Origin: Blastocladiella emersonii ATCC 22665
Taxonomy: Eukaryota; Fungi; Blastocladiomycota
Assembly: GCA_025594325.1 (NCBI GenBank)
Contig: JANHCV010000004.1
Coordinates: 806,001 to 870,000 of the forward strand
DNA: 64,000 bases
Direction of reading: 5' to 3'
The notes under the pieces are model-generated. The model ran no database searches and was not told the DNA's origin. It saw only the letters and a program-made list of their open reading frames with translations. A program made the position numbers and the translations under genes. The stretch's first letter is position 1. Each line of letters starts with the position of its first letter. Positions 42,021-53,608 of the stretch are shown here, piece after piece.

Positions 42021-44579
42021 TCAAATGAACGTGGAAAAATTATGTATGAACAACAACAGGGCGATGATCAGCGCATCCCACGAAGCATCCCTCAGGGCAC
42101 CGCAAGGAATCTAGCACATGATTTCAGTCATGATAGAATCCGTTAACTCCGGCAAAATATCGCGAATCGACGCGGGGTCCGAGCGGATCAAGGTCCGCAT
42201 CAGCTCGCGGACGGGGAACTCGACGTTGTGTGCGCGGCGCGCGTCAGACAGCTTCCGCTGTTTCTTGCCGCCTCGCTTTGTGCCGAGCGGCCCGTTCGAA
42301 CGATAGTAGCTGTCGTATAACTCGCGAATCGCTGTCTTGATGACCTCGGACGCGTGAGCGAGCCCGCCGGTCAGGCCAAGGAGCTCGGACAGGGTGTTGA
42401 ACCACGGCGCCTGGCCTGCAAGACCGCACTCGCTGCAAGTCCTCATGCCGTTGGCGCCAACGGTGATCGATCCGCGGGCGCGGCTGTCGCTAGCGTTGAG
42501 CTGCGACATGAGCAAGATCCCGAGAAACATGCGTGCGAGGCCCGGGTGTTCCTCGATGCAGTGCATTGTCTCCTCACGCATCGAGGGACTCTGGAACGCG
42601 GCGACGACGAGCCAGTGGGCCGAGGTGAAGTGAGTGCACTGATGCGGACGAGAAGCTCGAACAGCTCCATGACGTGCACGTTGGCCGGGTGGGCGAAGAC
42701 CGCGTCGAAGCGCTCCGTCACATCGTCAAGTGGCGGCGGGTGGCCCTTTCTGTCAAGCGGATCGCGTCCCGTTAGGATACACTCGGCAAATCTGCCCATG
42801 AGCTTGGGCATCCTGGAAGTCACTGTGGCCTGTGCGTAGTCAAAGATCTGACGCGCGCTGACCGCGTTCGAAGCTGGGTGCATGAGACACTCGTAGAAAG
42901 CTAGACACGGGAGCGGATGTAAGGTGCCGAGGGGGAGGGTCTTGTGCCACGAGGAATGACTAGCCGGATAATGAAGGATTGTGTCACGGTTCAGTGATCC
43001 GACGGCTCGGGCTGGTGGCGCGGGCTGGTGGCGCAGTCCCTCATAAGCCGAGCCGTCGGATCACTGAACCGTGACAGCGGATTAGTTTTAATGCTGACGC
43101 GAGGATGACCACGATCCGCGTACCAGTCATGATCACGTCTTGACGACCACGAGCACCGCCAGCAAGTTCGATGACTTTGTCTGAGAGTCCAGGGAGCGTG
43201 TGATTTGCATCTTCGACGAGAGCGTGGACAAGGACATGCCCAAGGGTCTCAGCGTCAAGCCAGTAAGACGCTTTGAGGGTGTCAAAGACGCCGATAGCGC
43301 TGGCAATCGAGCCTCGCCACGCCGAGACTACGACCAGGGCAAGCTGTGGCGTGGTATCGGCGTAAGGAAGGAGCTGCATCGGGTAGCGGGAGAGCGCGTG
43401 GACGACTGCGTGATGCATATGCGGTTCCCAGAGACGCGCAAGCAGTCCGGAGAGAGGAAGCGGAAACGGCTTTCCCAAATGACCTGAACCGTACTGATCA
43501 CTGGAGCGGACTTTAGGCCGGAACACATGCTCAAAGAGCCAGCCAAGTGTACGCGACACTTCAGAAGGAGCCGTTTCCCCCCACGGAAAGTCAAAGTCAA
43601 AATCAATGTCGAAGTCGTGGAAATAGCGCGAATAGACCGAATCAGTGCACATGCGACTGACGTGTTCTATATCAACGCCTAGGTCCATGTCCAGAACGGC
43701 ATCGAGAAACCCGGCATTCCAAGCGAATGCAGCGAGGGCCGCAAGATGCGTGATAAGATTCGCCGGTTTGGGCAGCTTGTCAAAGGGCGCAAGCGACTTG
43801 GCCGGTAAAAACTGGCTCAAGATCACACGCGACCACTGTTCCCACACGACGGTGAGCAGCTCAGGTGCCCGCTCCGCCGTGTTTTCGAGGACCCGCCGCG
43901 CCGCAATCGAGTCGCCCCGTGCAACAACGTTGATAAGGACCTGGACCTGCGAGTAGGCGGGCGTATCAATGCACGGCAAGGTGCTTGGCATCAGGTACCT
44001 CCCGCCCATCACGCCCGCGCGATCCCTGGGGGGCGTGGTCGCGAGCTCAAGGAGAACCTTCGGGTTTGAAGCCCACGACCCGCGAAGCGGCTGGATGAGG
44101 TCAAGAAAGACGCCCGAGGCTGCACAATAAAAGTTACAGTTGGGGTACTGCAACGAGCCAGGGTCGACGACCTGGAAGTAAGCACCAAGGTTGGTGAGGG
44201 TGGACCGGCCAGCCGAGGCACGGCCCAACTTTGTACGAGCAATCGCCTTGCGAAGCCATGGGACCAGGCGGCGGCGGTTCTACAGGCGCTCGACGGTCCG
44301 CTGGGTTGAGATGGCGTGCAGGTCGCGGCTCGCGGCGGCAATGTCGTCGCGCGGGCTCGCAAGCTGCAGGACCACGACGAGCAGCTTAGCTGGGAGCGCT
44401 GCAAGGCCGATCAAGTTTTCACGAGTGGAGTCCATGCATGCATTGCGAGGAGAGAGAATGCGAGTGCTTCGAGTGGGCGCGACCACAGGCGGCGGCTCGC
44501 CGAGGTGGTTACTGCCGCTCAAATGCTGTAGGACGTTGGCGTTGGTGCCTAGAGCAGATTGCATAGAGTTGCAATTCAT
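42021..44579 (-). pseudogene. F-box-like array copy 4 (nonsense codons at 44280-44282 and 42111-42113, frameshift ~42640, intron 42901-43123 carrying a MITE)
   Basis: LAALPAKLLVVVLQLASPR...VERL*NRRRL (stop where paralogs have W). Deletion between ELLVRIS and FTSAHWLVV. CSECGLAGQAPWFNTLSEL. Confidence 0.85.
42982..43076. mobile_element. 95-bp MITE-like element with 29-bp perfect TIRs (TGTCAC...GTGACA)
   Basis: TGTCACGGTTCAGTGATCCGACGGCTCGG (42982-43010) and its exact reverse complement (43048-43076). Lies inside an intron that is only 66-71 nt in paralogs. Confidence 0.8.
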
Positions 44580-44665
44580 TCCAGGTTCATTAGAGTCCAT
44601 TGGAGTGGCCGGGCGAGGAGCTGCATGCACTGCTCAGCCAGCGCACTCATGTCCGCCAGCTCGAA

Positions 44666-44688
44666 ACGTGATTTCAGAACGCGTCTCG
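44666..44688 (+). promoter_or_regulatory. Bipartite motif ~85 nt upstream of copy 4 ATG
   Basis: ACGTGAT TTCAGA ACGCGTCTCG. Confidence 0.6.
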
Positions 44689-44836
44689 CGGCTCGGTTGG
44701 TCGGTCGCGACTCGCGACTAAATCGCACTCGTCACCTCGCGGTGCACAATTGAGCAAAAGGCTTTATATGAACTATAACAGGAGGAGCAACGCGACGCGA
44801 CGTCTGCTCGGTGCAACCTCGGCGCTAGCGGATTCC

Positions 44837-45910
44837 TCACTGAGTCCGCTTCAGCGCGATCGTGTTGAACGCCGCCAGCTCGTTCGGGTAGCACTCGAGC
44901 GCGTGGGCGAGCGCGTCTTTCATCGACGGCTCCCAAAGTCGCAGAAGCAGGCCCGAGAGTGGCAGCCGTGCCGCAGGCAGATCGGACGCGGCCGCGGACT
45001 GCAAAAGCTTGCGCTCGTTAGGCTGCAAGGTGTGCTTAAAGAGCCAGGCAAGCGTGCGCGTCAACTCGGCAGGAGCCACGGCCTTGCGCGACGAGGAGAT
45101 CTCGTCGATTTCATCGGCGTAAACCGCACCAGCGCACAGTTGACCGACGCGGGCCAAGTCGACTGCGAGGTCCAACTCGGAAATCGTCTCGAGAAACTCG
45201 GCATTCCAAGCGAAAGCCGCGAGGGCCGCCAGGTGGGTGATGAGAGACGCCGGCTTGGGCAACTGGCGGTAGGCCCCTCGAAAATTTGGTTGAAACTCGC
45301 CCCCAATGACAAGGGACCACCGCTCCGACATGACGTTGAGCAGCTCGGGCGCGCTGGCCGCCGTGCCGTCGAGCACCCAACGCGCCTCGATCGAGTCCCC
45401 CTGCGCAACAACATTGACGAGCAGCTGGAACTGACAGTAGACGGGCGACTCGGTGAAGGGCACGGTGTAAGGCCTCTTCGAGTTCCAGTTCCTGACCGCC
45501 ATGCGCTTCTTGAAGGGCGAGGTAGCCAGCTCGAGAAGCAGGTTAGGGGTAGTAGTCCACGAGTTGCGAAGCGGTTGAATGAGGTTGAGCAAGACGTCCG
45601 AGACATCACAAAAAAAGTAACAACTGGGACGCAACAGTGAGCCGGCATGAACGGACGCAAAGAAGGCACCAAGATCGGTCAGAGTGCGCTCGATGGCGCG
45701 GATATCGGCCGCCTTCGCCATTCGAACCACCACAGCCAGGCGGCGGCGGCTCCACACCTTCGCGACGGCCCACTCATTTGAGCTGTCGATAAGGGAGCGA
45801 CTCGCGGCGGGAATCCGGTAGCGTGGTTTCGCGAGCTGGAGGACCACGACGAGCAGCTCGACCGGGAGAGCAGCAAGGCTTAGGGCGTCCGGATGCATCG
45901 AGACTTTCAT
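44837..45910 (-). pseudogene. F-box-like array copy 5 (N-terminal ~357 aa only, 3'-truncated)
   Basis: LAALPVELLVVVLQLAKPR...WAVAKVWSRRRL; PVYCQFQLLVNVVAQGDSIEARWVL. Ends after DALAHALECYP, with no C-terminal Cys domain. Confidence 0.75.
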
Positions 45911-46179
45911 GGTTGGAGTCCGTTTACGCGTTGCACGAGGCGAGGGAGAGAGCGAGAGGGCGGCCGAGCGGCGGTTGATGAGCAGGGGCAGGGCTGGTGG
46001 ACGACTGACTGACATCAAGGGAACTGCTGACAGCTCGTCGCACGCGGTGCAGCCACAGCGTGACGCGGGTGCCTGCAGCAGGCCGCCGCGACGATCGCTG
46101 CTCGCACCCTCGGCCATCGGATACCTCCTCTCGACCGACCGTGCCCTGCCACTGCATGCATCGAGCCATCTCCAACACC

Positions 46180-46833
46180 ATGTCTGCCGTGATCCCGTTC
46201 CTGCCCGACGTGCCGCTGCCGCTGGTGCTGGCGGTGCTGTTCGGGTCGCTGGGCGCCATCGTGTTCCTGCGGCGCCACACCCCCACCCCGGCCCCCACCG
46301 CTTCGGCCTCCTCCGCTCCCGCTCCCGCACGCACGACCGAGGAGAAGCCCAAGACCAAGCCGACGCCCGCCGCGACTCCCAGCAACAACGACGAGAAGAA
46401 GAAGCAGACCATGACGACGACCGCCGCCGAGCCCCAGTCCGCGCCCGCGCCCACGTCGCAGCTGCAGCTGACGGCGGCCGAGCTGGCCAAGTACGACAAC
46501 CACGACGCGAGCCTGCCCGTGTACGTGGCCATCAAGGGGACCATCTTCGACGTGTCGTCGAACCGCGCCATGTACCCGCACAACGAGGCGTACGGCCAGT
46601 TTGCCGGCAAGGACGCGTCGCGCGCGCTCGCCAAGTCTTCGCTCAACAAGGCCGACTGCGTCGCGACGTGGGAGGATCTGCCGCCCGAGGAGGTACGTTT
46701 CGTTCTCGCTGGAGTGCGGTCGCGTGGGTGGAGACTGACCTTCGTCGACTGTGTGTAGCTCAAGGTGCTTGACGACTGGCTTGCCTTCTACACGAAAAAG
46801 TACCCGATCGTCGGCAAGGTCGTCACCGAGTAG
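46180..46833 (+). CDS. DAP1: Membrane-associated progesterone receptor family, cytochrome b5-like heme/steroid-binding protein (195 aa; intron 46693-46758)
   Basis: N-terminal TM helix; LTAAELAKYDN...VYVAIKGTIFDVS...YGQFAGKDASRALAK...LDDWLAFYTKKYPIVGKV. Confidence 0.9.
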
Positions 46834-47205
46834 GTGTGACGAGTGGGCGTGTGTCTCTGTGTCCGGTAGCTTCAACATGACTGTTTATTGCGCATCTCGC
46901 TCGTGGGACTTGCTCGCGCTCTCTGAGGCCACACCATGGAGTAGTGCATCGACAAGTAGTCGACACTGCCGCGCGAGGACACGGACGCGAGGATACGGGC
47001 ACGGCATGAAGCCGTAAGCTCGCCGAGGCCTGAGCGCCTGCCGGCGGAGCAGCGGTGTTGGTCGAGGCGATCGCCGCCCCGGCCCATGTGACGCACGCGT
47101 CGCGACGCGTCCGGGTCGCCGTTGCACGGAGACGCGTCCCGTCCCGCGCTTCTCTTCCCTTCGCGTCTCTCTACTCTCCAGAACGCAAACGCAACACATG
47201 CAACC

Positions 47206-47781
47206 ATGAGCTACCAGGCACGCCGCACCATGCATCTCGCCCGCACCCACGTCCGCGGTCCCTAACCGCCCCCATCGTCCCCAGGTCAGCGACACCAAGA
47301 AGGAGGACTTTCGCAAGTACCTCGAGCGGTACGGCATCGTCGACGCTCTGACCAAAGGCACGCAGCATCCCCTCCCCCACCCCTCCCTCCCCATCCCCTC
47401 TCTAACCCCTCCCCTGTAGTCCTCGTCGGCCTGTACGAGCAGCCCGACAAACCCGACAACCCGCTCGAGTACATCAAGCACTTCCTGGCGGGCCCGGGCG
47501 ACCTCGACGCCGAGGCGCTCAAGGCCGAGAACACGGACCTGCGCAAGCAGGTGGACGAGCTCGCCACGCGCGTCGACGACCTGACCAAGCGGCTTGTCGC
47601 CGCGGGAATCGCGCCGCCGCCGCGCGTCGGCGTCACGGCGGCACCCGGCGAGGGCGGCGTGGGGATCGACGGGACTGGGGCCGGAGGTGACGGGACGGGC
47701 GCGGGGATGGCGGGCGGGGACGCGTCAGGGGCGGCGGCGGGCGAGGGCGGCGCGCCGGTCGTCGCGGCGGAGAGCGGGTGA
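47206..47781 (+). CDS. MYCBP: c-Myc-binding protein / AMY-1 (FAP174-like) homolog; two GC-AG introns (47218-47284, 47358-47419)
   Basis: Spliced product MSYQVSDTKKEDFRKYLERYGIVDALTKVLVGLYEQPDKPDNPLEYIKHFL plus a coiled coil, matching the MYCBP consensus. Confidence 0.88.
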
Positions 47782-47884
47782 GACGGCTACTGTTATGGTA
47801 ATGCATTCATTCATTTGTGCACTGGAATCCGGGAGGGAACAAGAGGGAGAGAAGATATACAATACGGCGCCAAAGCCAGAACAC

Positions 47885-49516
47885 CTACTCGCCAAGCAAC
47901 GCCGCGATCTCGGGCGACAGCTCCGCGAGCGCCTCCACGCCGCCCGACGGCGGCGCGAACGAGCTGAACAGGTCGTCAAAGTCGTCGGTGAAGTCGATGG
48001 CCGCACACGCCTCGGCCACGCTCGCGTCGGTTCCGCCAAACGCGGCCGACAGGTCGCTCGGCGGGACGGGGAGCGGCGACACGGAGGGCGTCGGAAGCTG
48101 GCCGGGCTTATCCGCTGGCGCAGGAGCCGCGGTGGCGGCGGCAGGAGCGCCGAAGAAGGCGAGCGGGTCGTCGACAGGGACCACGGCCGCTGCGCCGCCC
48201 GGCTGCGGGTCGAGGAGGTACGCGAGCGGGTCGGGCTCGGGTGCCGCGGCGACTGGAGCCGGGGCCGCGGCAGCGACAGGTGCTGCTGGCTGCGCGGGGA
48301 CTGCAGGCACCGTTGGCCGAGTCGCAGCCGCTGCCGCTGCAGCCGACGCGGTCGCAGCCGGTGTCGCCCCGCGCTTTCCACCGCGTTTCTGCGCGAGCGC
48401 CGCAGCCGCCGCGCGCTGCTTCTCCGTCAACGTCCCGCGCGTTGCCGCCGCGGCAGCGGCCGCCGTCGCCGCCGCGACCGCGGGCGGGGTGATCGATGCG
48501 GCGGACTGGAGCTGCGGGGCGGGGGCGTGGGCAGTCCATCCGTACGACGGGTATGCGCCGGCGAGGTGCGGCGCGGCGCGCATGGCCATGGACGCGGCGG
48601 TCGAGGACCACGCGGGCGCAGCCGCGGCGGCGGCAGCGGCAGCGGTGCCGGGCACGGCGGGGGCCGAGGGCGCGAACGGCATGAGGCTGGCCGAGGCTGC
48701 GGGTAGTGGTGGTGGTGGCTGGGCGACGGGCGTGGCGACGCGTGGTGGTGCAGCAGCCGATGCGCCGGGCGGTGGGCGGGCGACGGGACGCGCAGCCGAT
48801 CCGGGCGGCGGGCGCGCAGCAGCAGCGACCTGAGACCGCGGGGCCGCGCGTGCTGGTGGTGCCGCGGCAGCAGCAGCGGCAGCGGCAGGACGGGCGCCGG
48901 TGCGTGGTGGCAGCGAGTTCTTCTTCTGCAGGCCCTTAGCGGGGGCCTTGGCGGCCTTGGCGGCGAGGTCGAACTTGGTAGCGATCTGGATGCCGCAGAA
49001 CTGCGGGATGATCTCTTTCTTCTCGAGGTTGAACGGGAAGATGCACTACAGAGCGGGGTTGTTGGGTTAGCGGTGCCCGAGAATCCAGCAGCGCGAGAGA
49101 TGAAGGCGTACCCCGTCGGTCGTGCACATGTTGATGTACGCGGCGAACGTGAACTTGAACGCGCGCACCTCGCCCTTGCAGATCGGGCACGGCGGGCACG
49201 GCGGTGGGGGCGAGGGTTCCCTTGGCGGCGGTGGCGGCGGGGCAGGTGTCGATTTCGCGGCGGCGGCGGCCTTGGGTTTCGCCTTGGCCTTACTCGCGGC
49301 GGGCGCGCGCGGTTTCCGCTGGCGCTTGGCCGGCGGCGGCGCCGTGGCTGATGCCGCGCTCAGCGAGGAGGACGCATCGTCGTCGAGCGTGGCGAGCCCG
49401 TCGTTGAGAAAGTCGTCGAGGTCGTCCTCGGTCTCGTCGCCCGAGTCGGCGGCCTTGCGCTTGTTGGCGTTGGCGATCGAGCTGGTAGTGGCGGCGGCGG
49501 CGGCGCGGGACGGCAT
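47885..49516 (-). CDS. Hypothetical protein (~521 aa) with a C4 zinc-ribbon-like motif and a long Ala/Pro-rich tail; intron 49046-49111
   Basis: CPICKGEVRAFKFTFAAYINMCTTDG|CIFPF across a canonical intron; frame continuous to the stop at 47885. Confidence 0.75.
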
Positions 49517-50167
49517 GGCGATGGCGGGTATTGTGGTGGTGGCGGGGTTGGAGGAGGGGTGGGTGTGGTGGAGGTCAGGAAATTGGTCCGAGTACTCTTC
49601 CCCACAGTCGGCAGTAACACCACGACGAAGACCCAACAAGCAGGTGGATCTCGCCCGTGGCGGCCAGGAGGGTGGTGCGGCGCAGCAGCAGCGGCGGCGG
49701 CGGCGGGGCAAAGCGCACCAGAGTTGGTGTGGGAAGCGCGGTGGTCTGTTGCTTCGACGCGCGCGAGTCAGGGGCACTCGGCGCGGGCGAGGGCGGCAGG
49801 GCTAGTGCAACGCCAGAGTATTTGACACACACGCAGAACCACGCGAAAGGAAGAGGCGACGCGATGACGAGGAAGCGCTCGGCCGCGGATGGAAGGGTGG
49901 CGTGTTACGTTGCAGGAAGTGCGAGTGAGGGCTGCGCTGTGCTCAGCGATGCATCGATGGACCACCACAGCGACGCGTGCGCATCGCGGCGAGCGAGCGA
50001 GCGAGGGGAGCGGTGACGGCGCGGCGCGTATGCGCGTCAGGTGGGGGCACGCCGCGTGCTGCTAGGGACTCTGAGCGGTGGCGCTGCGCGTGCGCCTTGC
50101 AGCGAGTGGACTGACCGCAGAGTTTCCACTCGGCTCTCCGCTCCTCAACAAGAACCTTCTACTAGCA

Positions 50168-51185
50168 ATGTTATCAGCGCCGATCCCCGAGGAAGCATTC
50201 ACCATCGACCTGCCGTCGCGCGGCGTCGCGCTCGACGCGCGCATCCACCACGGCGTGCCCGGCGGCGCAGCGACCAACGCTGGCCTCGGCGTCATGTACT
50301 AGCGGCCGCCCCCGCCTGTCCGGAGACCGTCAACCTCACCCACGCCCGCTGTGTAGCATCTCGCACCCGTACGCCCCGCTCGGCGGCGACCTGCACAACA
50401 ACGTGGTGCGGGAAGTCGCCGCCTTCTTCGGCGCCGCGGGCGTGCCGACGCTGCGGTACAGCATGCGCGGCGCGGGCCGGAGCACGGGCAAGACGTCGTG
50501 GACGGCCGAGGCCGAGGCCATCGATCTGGTCGCGCTCATCGACTGGTGGATGACGTCGCCCGCGGGCGCGTGGACCGCCGCCGACGGCACCGTGTTCCCG
50601 CGGTTCCGCCCGACCCAGGTCCTGCTCGTCGGGTACTCGTACGGCGCGCTCATCTCGCTTCCCGCGGCGCGCACGCACCGAGCGGTGGCCGGGCTGATCC
50701 TGGTCTCCCCGCCGGCGCGCGTGACGTGGGCGCTGACGGCGTTCAAGTCGACGTCGTTTTCCGCAGAACTCCCGCGCGCGCTGCCCAAGCTCGTCGTGAT
50801 GGGCGACAACGACCAGTTCTCGAGCGAGTCGAGCATGATCGCGTTCGCCGCCAAGGTGTGCGGCACCGCGCCCGTCCCGCTGCCCGTGCGGCCGCCGGGC
50901 CCGCCGCGGACTACGGTCCCCGAGCAGGTCGAGGGCGACAACGACCCCGAGATTGCCGCGGCGGTCGTTCAGGGCGCGAACGCGAGCGTCGTCGTGGTGC
51001 GCCGCCGCGACCACTTCTGGGCCGGCGAGGAGGACTGCGTAGTCGATCTCGTCGAGAAGTGGGTCCGCGACACGTTCGCGTGGTTCCCGCAGGCGACCAG
51101 CGAGCTGAGCACGCGGACACTGGACCGCGAGGACGCTGCGCCGCCGCCGCTCCCGCCGCGTCCGGCCGTGGACCCTGCCGCCTAA
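50168..51185 (+). CDS. Alpha/beta-fold hydrolase (318 aa; intron 50296-50356)
   Basis: SHPYAPLGGDLHNNVV, MRGAGRSTG, nucleophile GYSYG, VMGDNDQF (Asp), RDHFW (His). Confidence 0.88.
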
Positions 51186-51227
51186 GCACACCCAATTTAG
51201 TTGTAGTATATTTCATTCACCCGTTAA

Positions 51228-52051
51228 TCAATCAATCGCAATCTTAACCGCCTTCCCCTCGCCGTGCTGCGCGAGACAGCTCTCATGGATCGCCGTGGGC
51301 CCGACGCTCGCGCGCCACCGGACGACGGGTGGGGCGAGCCCGCCAACGGCCCCGCTCGCCGTGCCGCCCTCGGGCCGCAGCAGCCGATGGCACATGACGC
51401 ACGGCGTCTCGAGCAGCCGCGCCACGCTGTGCGCCCACGCGAGTGCCGCGGGTGCGCCGCGGCCCACGAGCGCGGAGGTCGATGTGAAGGCGAGCCGGCG
51501 CAGGATCGGGTCCGCGGCGGTCGCGGAGGCCGAGGAGGTGGGTAGGACGGCAGGGCGGAGGTCGAGCGACGCGATTAGGCCGGTTGTTGGAGACAGGTTG
51601 AGCGTCGCGATGAGGATGGGCGGGACCCGGATCTACACGGCGCAACGTCAGCGATTCGTGCGCCTCTCCACGACAACCAGCGTAGACGGACCTCCCACTG
51701 AACGTCTGACACCTGCACCAGGTCGACCGGGTGCGCCGGAACGCCGTCGGCCGCCGGTACCGATGCTGGCGGTCCCGCCGCCTTGGCCGCCCCCGCGGCC
51801 GCTGCTCCCGGTGGCGGCACCACGGCACCTCGAGCGTCGCGAATCACGGTCCCGCTGAGCGCCGCGAGTTCATGGATATGCGTCTGGATCTCCGCGTACA
51901 GCGCGCCGACGCCGGCCGCGTCCGTAGTGCGTAACCGCGCGGGCAGGGCGTGGATCAGCTGGCGGACGCGGTGGATCTCGCGCGCGACGTGGGCGCGCTT
52001 GGCTGCCGCCGATTGCGCCGGGTTAGCGGGTCGTTGTGTTGATGCATCCAT
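51228..52051 (-). CDS. MED27: Mediator subunit 27-like protein (spliced)
   Basis: N-terminal helices. C-terminal LLETPCVMCHRLL...PPVVRW...AIHESC matches the MED27 CxxC...PP..R...HxxC zinc motif. Confidence 0.7.
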
Positions 52052-52274
52052 GGCCGTGGCCGTCGTTGGAGGGGCCGGGGACCGGGGCGACCAGCGGGGC
52101 CGGTGAAGCGAAAGAGGCGCGGGGAGCGCGTGACACGGGACGCGGGCGTTCCCGGCGGCCGGCCACGCGCGTCGCCTTTGCCCGTCGCCACGCTTGCGTT
52201 TACTTCGCGGCCCGCCCCCAACTCTCCTCCTGCTCTTGCACGACCCCGTCATTCATTACCCCACCACGACCACG

Positions 52275-52867
52275 ATGCTCCGTACCGCCACTGCCCGCGC
52301 TTTCGCCTCGGTCCGCGCGACCCCCGCGCTGCGCCTGTCGCTCCGCGGCTACGCCTCGGGTACACTCGGCCGGCCCCCATGAATCGACACTCTATACATG
52401 AATGCTGAGCTCTTGCTCGTGGATCGCGTAGCGCCGCGCCGGTACACCAAGGACCACGAGTGGGTGTCGGTTGACGCCAACGGCGTGGGGACGGTGGGCA
52501 TCTCCAAGTACGCGGCGGACGCGCTGGGCGACGTGGTGTTTGCCGAGGTGCAGCCCGCGGGCACCACGGTGGCCAAGGGCGACTCGGTCGGCGCCGTCGA
52601 GTCGGTCAAGGCCGCCAGCGACGTGTACGCGCCCGTCTCGGGCGAGATCATCGAGGCCAACGCCGAGCTCGATGCGTCGCCCGAGCTCATCAACGAGTCG
52701 TCGTTCGACAAGGGTGCGTCTCTGCTTCCTCGCTGGTTCGTGCGACTGTGACTGACCCGCTGTATGCGTACCTAGGCTGGCTGTGCAAGATCAAGCTGTC
52801 CAACCCCAAGGAGATCGAGGCACTCCTCGACGAGGCCGCTTACGCCAAGCACACGGCCGCCGAGTAA
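52275..52867 (+). CDS. GCV3: Glycine cleavage system H protein, mitochondrial (2 introns)
   Basis: Presequence-like N-terminus; RYTKDHEWV, GISKYAADALGDVVF, lipoyl motif GAVESVKAASDVYAPVSG, GWLCKIK. Confidence 0.95.
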
Positions 52868-53117
52868 CCTTCTCGTTTGTGCCTCGCTCGCCCGTGCTGG
52901 GTGCTCCTCTGATACTCTATACACTACACCGACATTTGAATCCAGTCCGCCGTCTTCTCGCAGTGGTGGTGAGCCGAGCCGCTTCATGAACTGGAGAGAG
53001 GCTTCACCGAGTTGCAACGAGCAGCTTCACCGAGAGCAAAATGTGCACAACTGAAAGTTTATGTATTCCAAGCATCGACGACAGGGACCGCGAGTCGACA
53101 CGAGCGAACAGACACGC

Positions 53118-53608
53118 TTAGTCGAAGAGACCGAAGCCCATGTCGTCGTCCGACTCCTCCTTGGCCTCCTCCTCGGCGGCGGCGGGGGCAGCCTCGGCGG
53201 CGGCGGCACCACCGGCAGCGGCGCCAGCGGCGGGGGCGGCGGCGGCACCGGCACCCGAGCCGACGTTGTTGAGCAGGTCGGTGATCGACACACCCGACAG
53301 GGCCTTGGCGAAGAGCGAGAACCAGATCGAGTCGACCTCGACGCCGGCGGCCGACGTGAGCGTCGACAGCTTGTCGGCCTAGTTATCGAGGGTGGAGGGG
53401 AGGGAGGTTAGGAGAGCCGTTCGGTGGAGAGTGTGTGCGTGCGTGCGTGCGTCGAGTGTGAGCGGAGCCACCCTGAAGCACTCCGCCCAAACAGCGGCGG
53501 CGACGGCGACGCAGAAGCGCCATGCGAGGCGATACGGACGGTGATCTCGATGCCCTCGTCGGCGAGGATCAGGGCGGCGTAGGTGATGGCCTTCTCGTTG
53601 ATCGACAT
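53118..53608 (-). CDS. RPP1: 60S acidic ribosomal protein P1 (intron 53379-53539)
   Basis: [14 protein letters not shown]|ADKL...WFSLFAKAL...[18 protein letters not shown]. Confidence 0.95.

Noticed and set aside
43009-43034. Two tandem GCTGGTGG (E. coli Chi) octamers in the MITE
   Set aside because: Eukaryotic GC-rich context with no RecBCD; simply a 13-bp tandem duplication.
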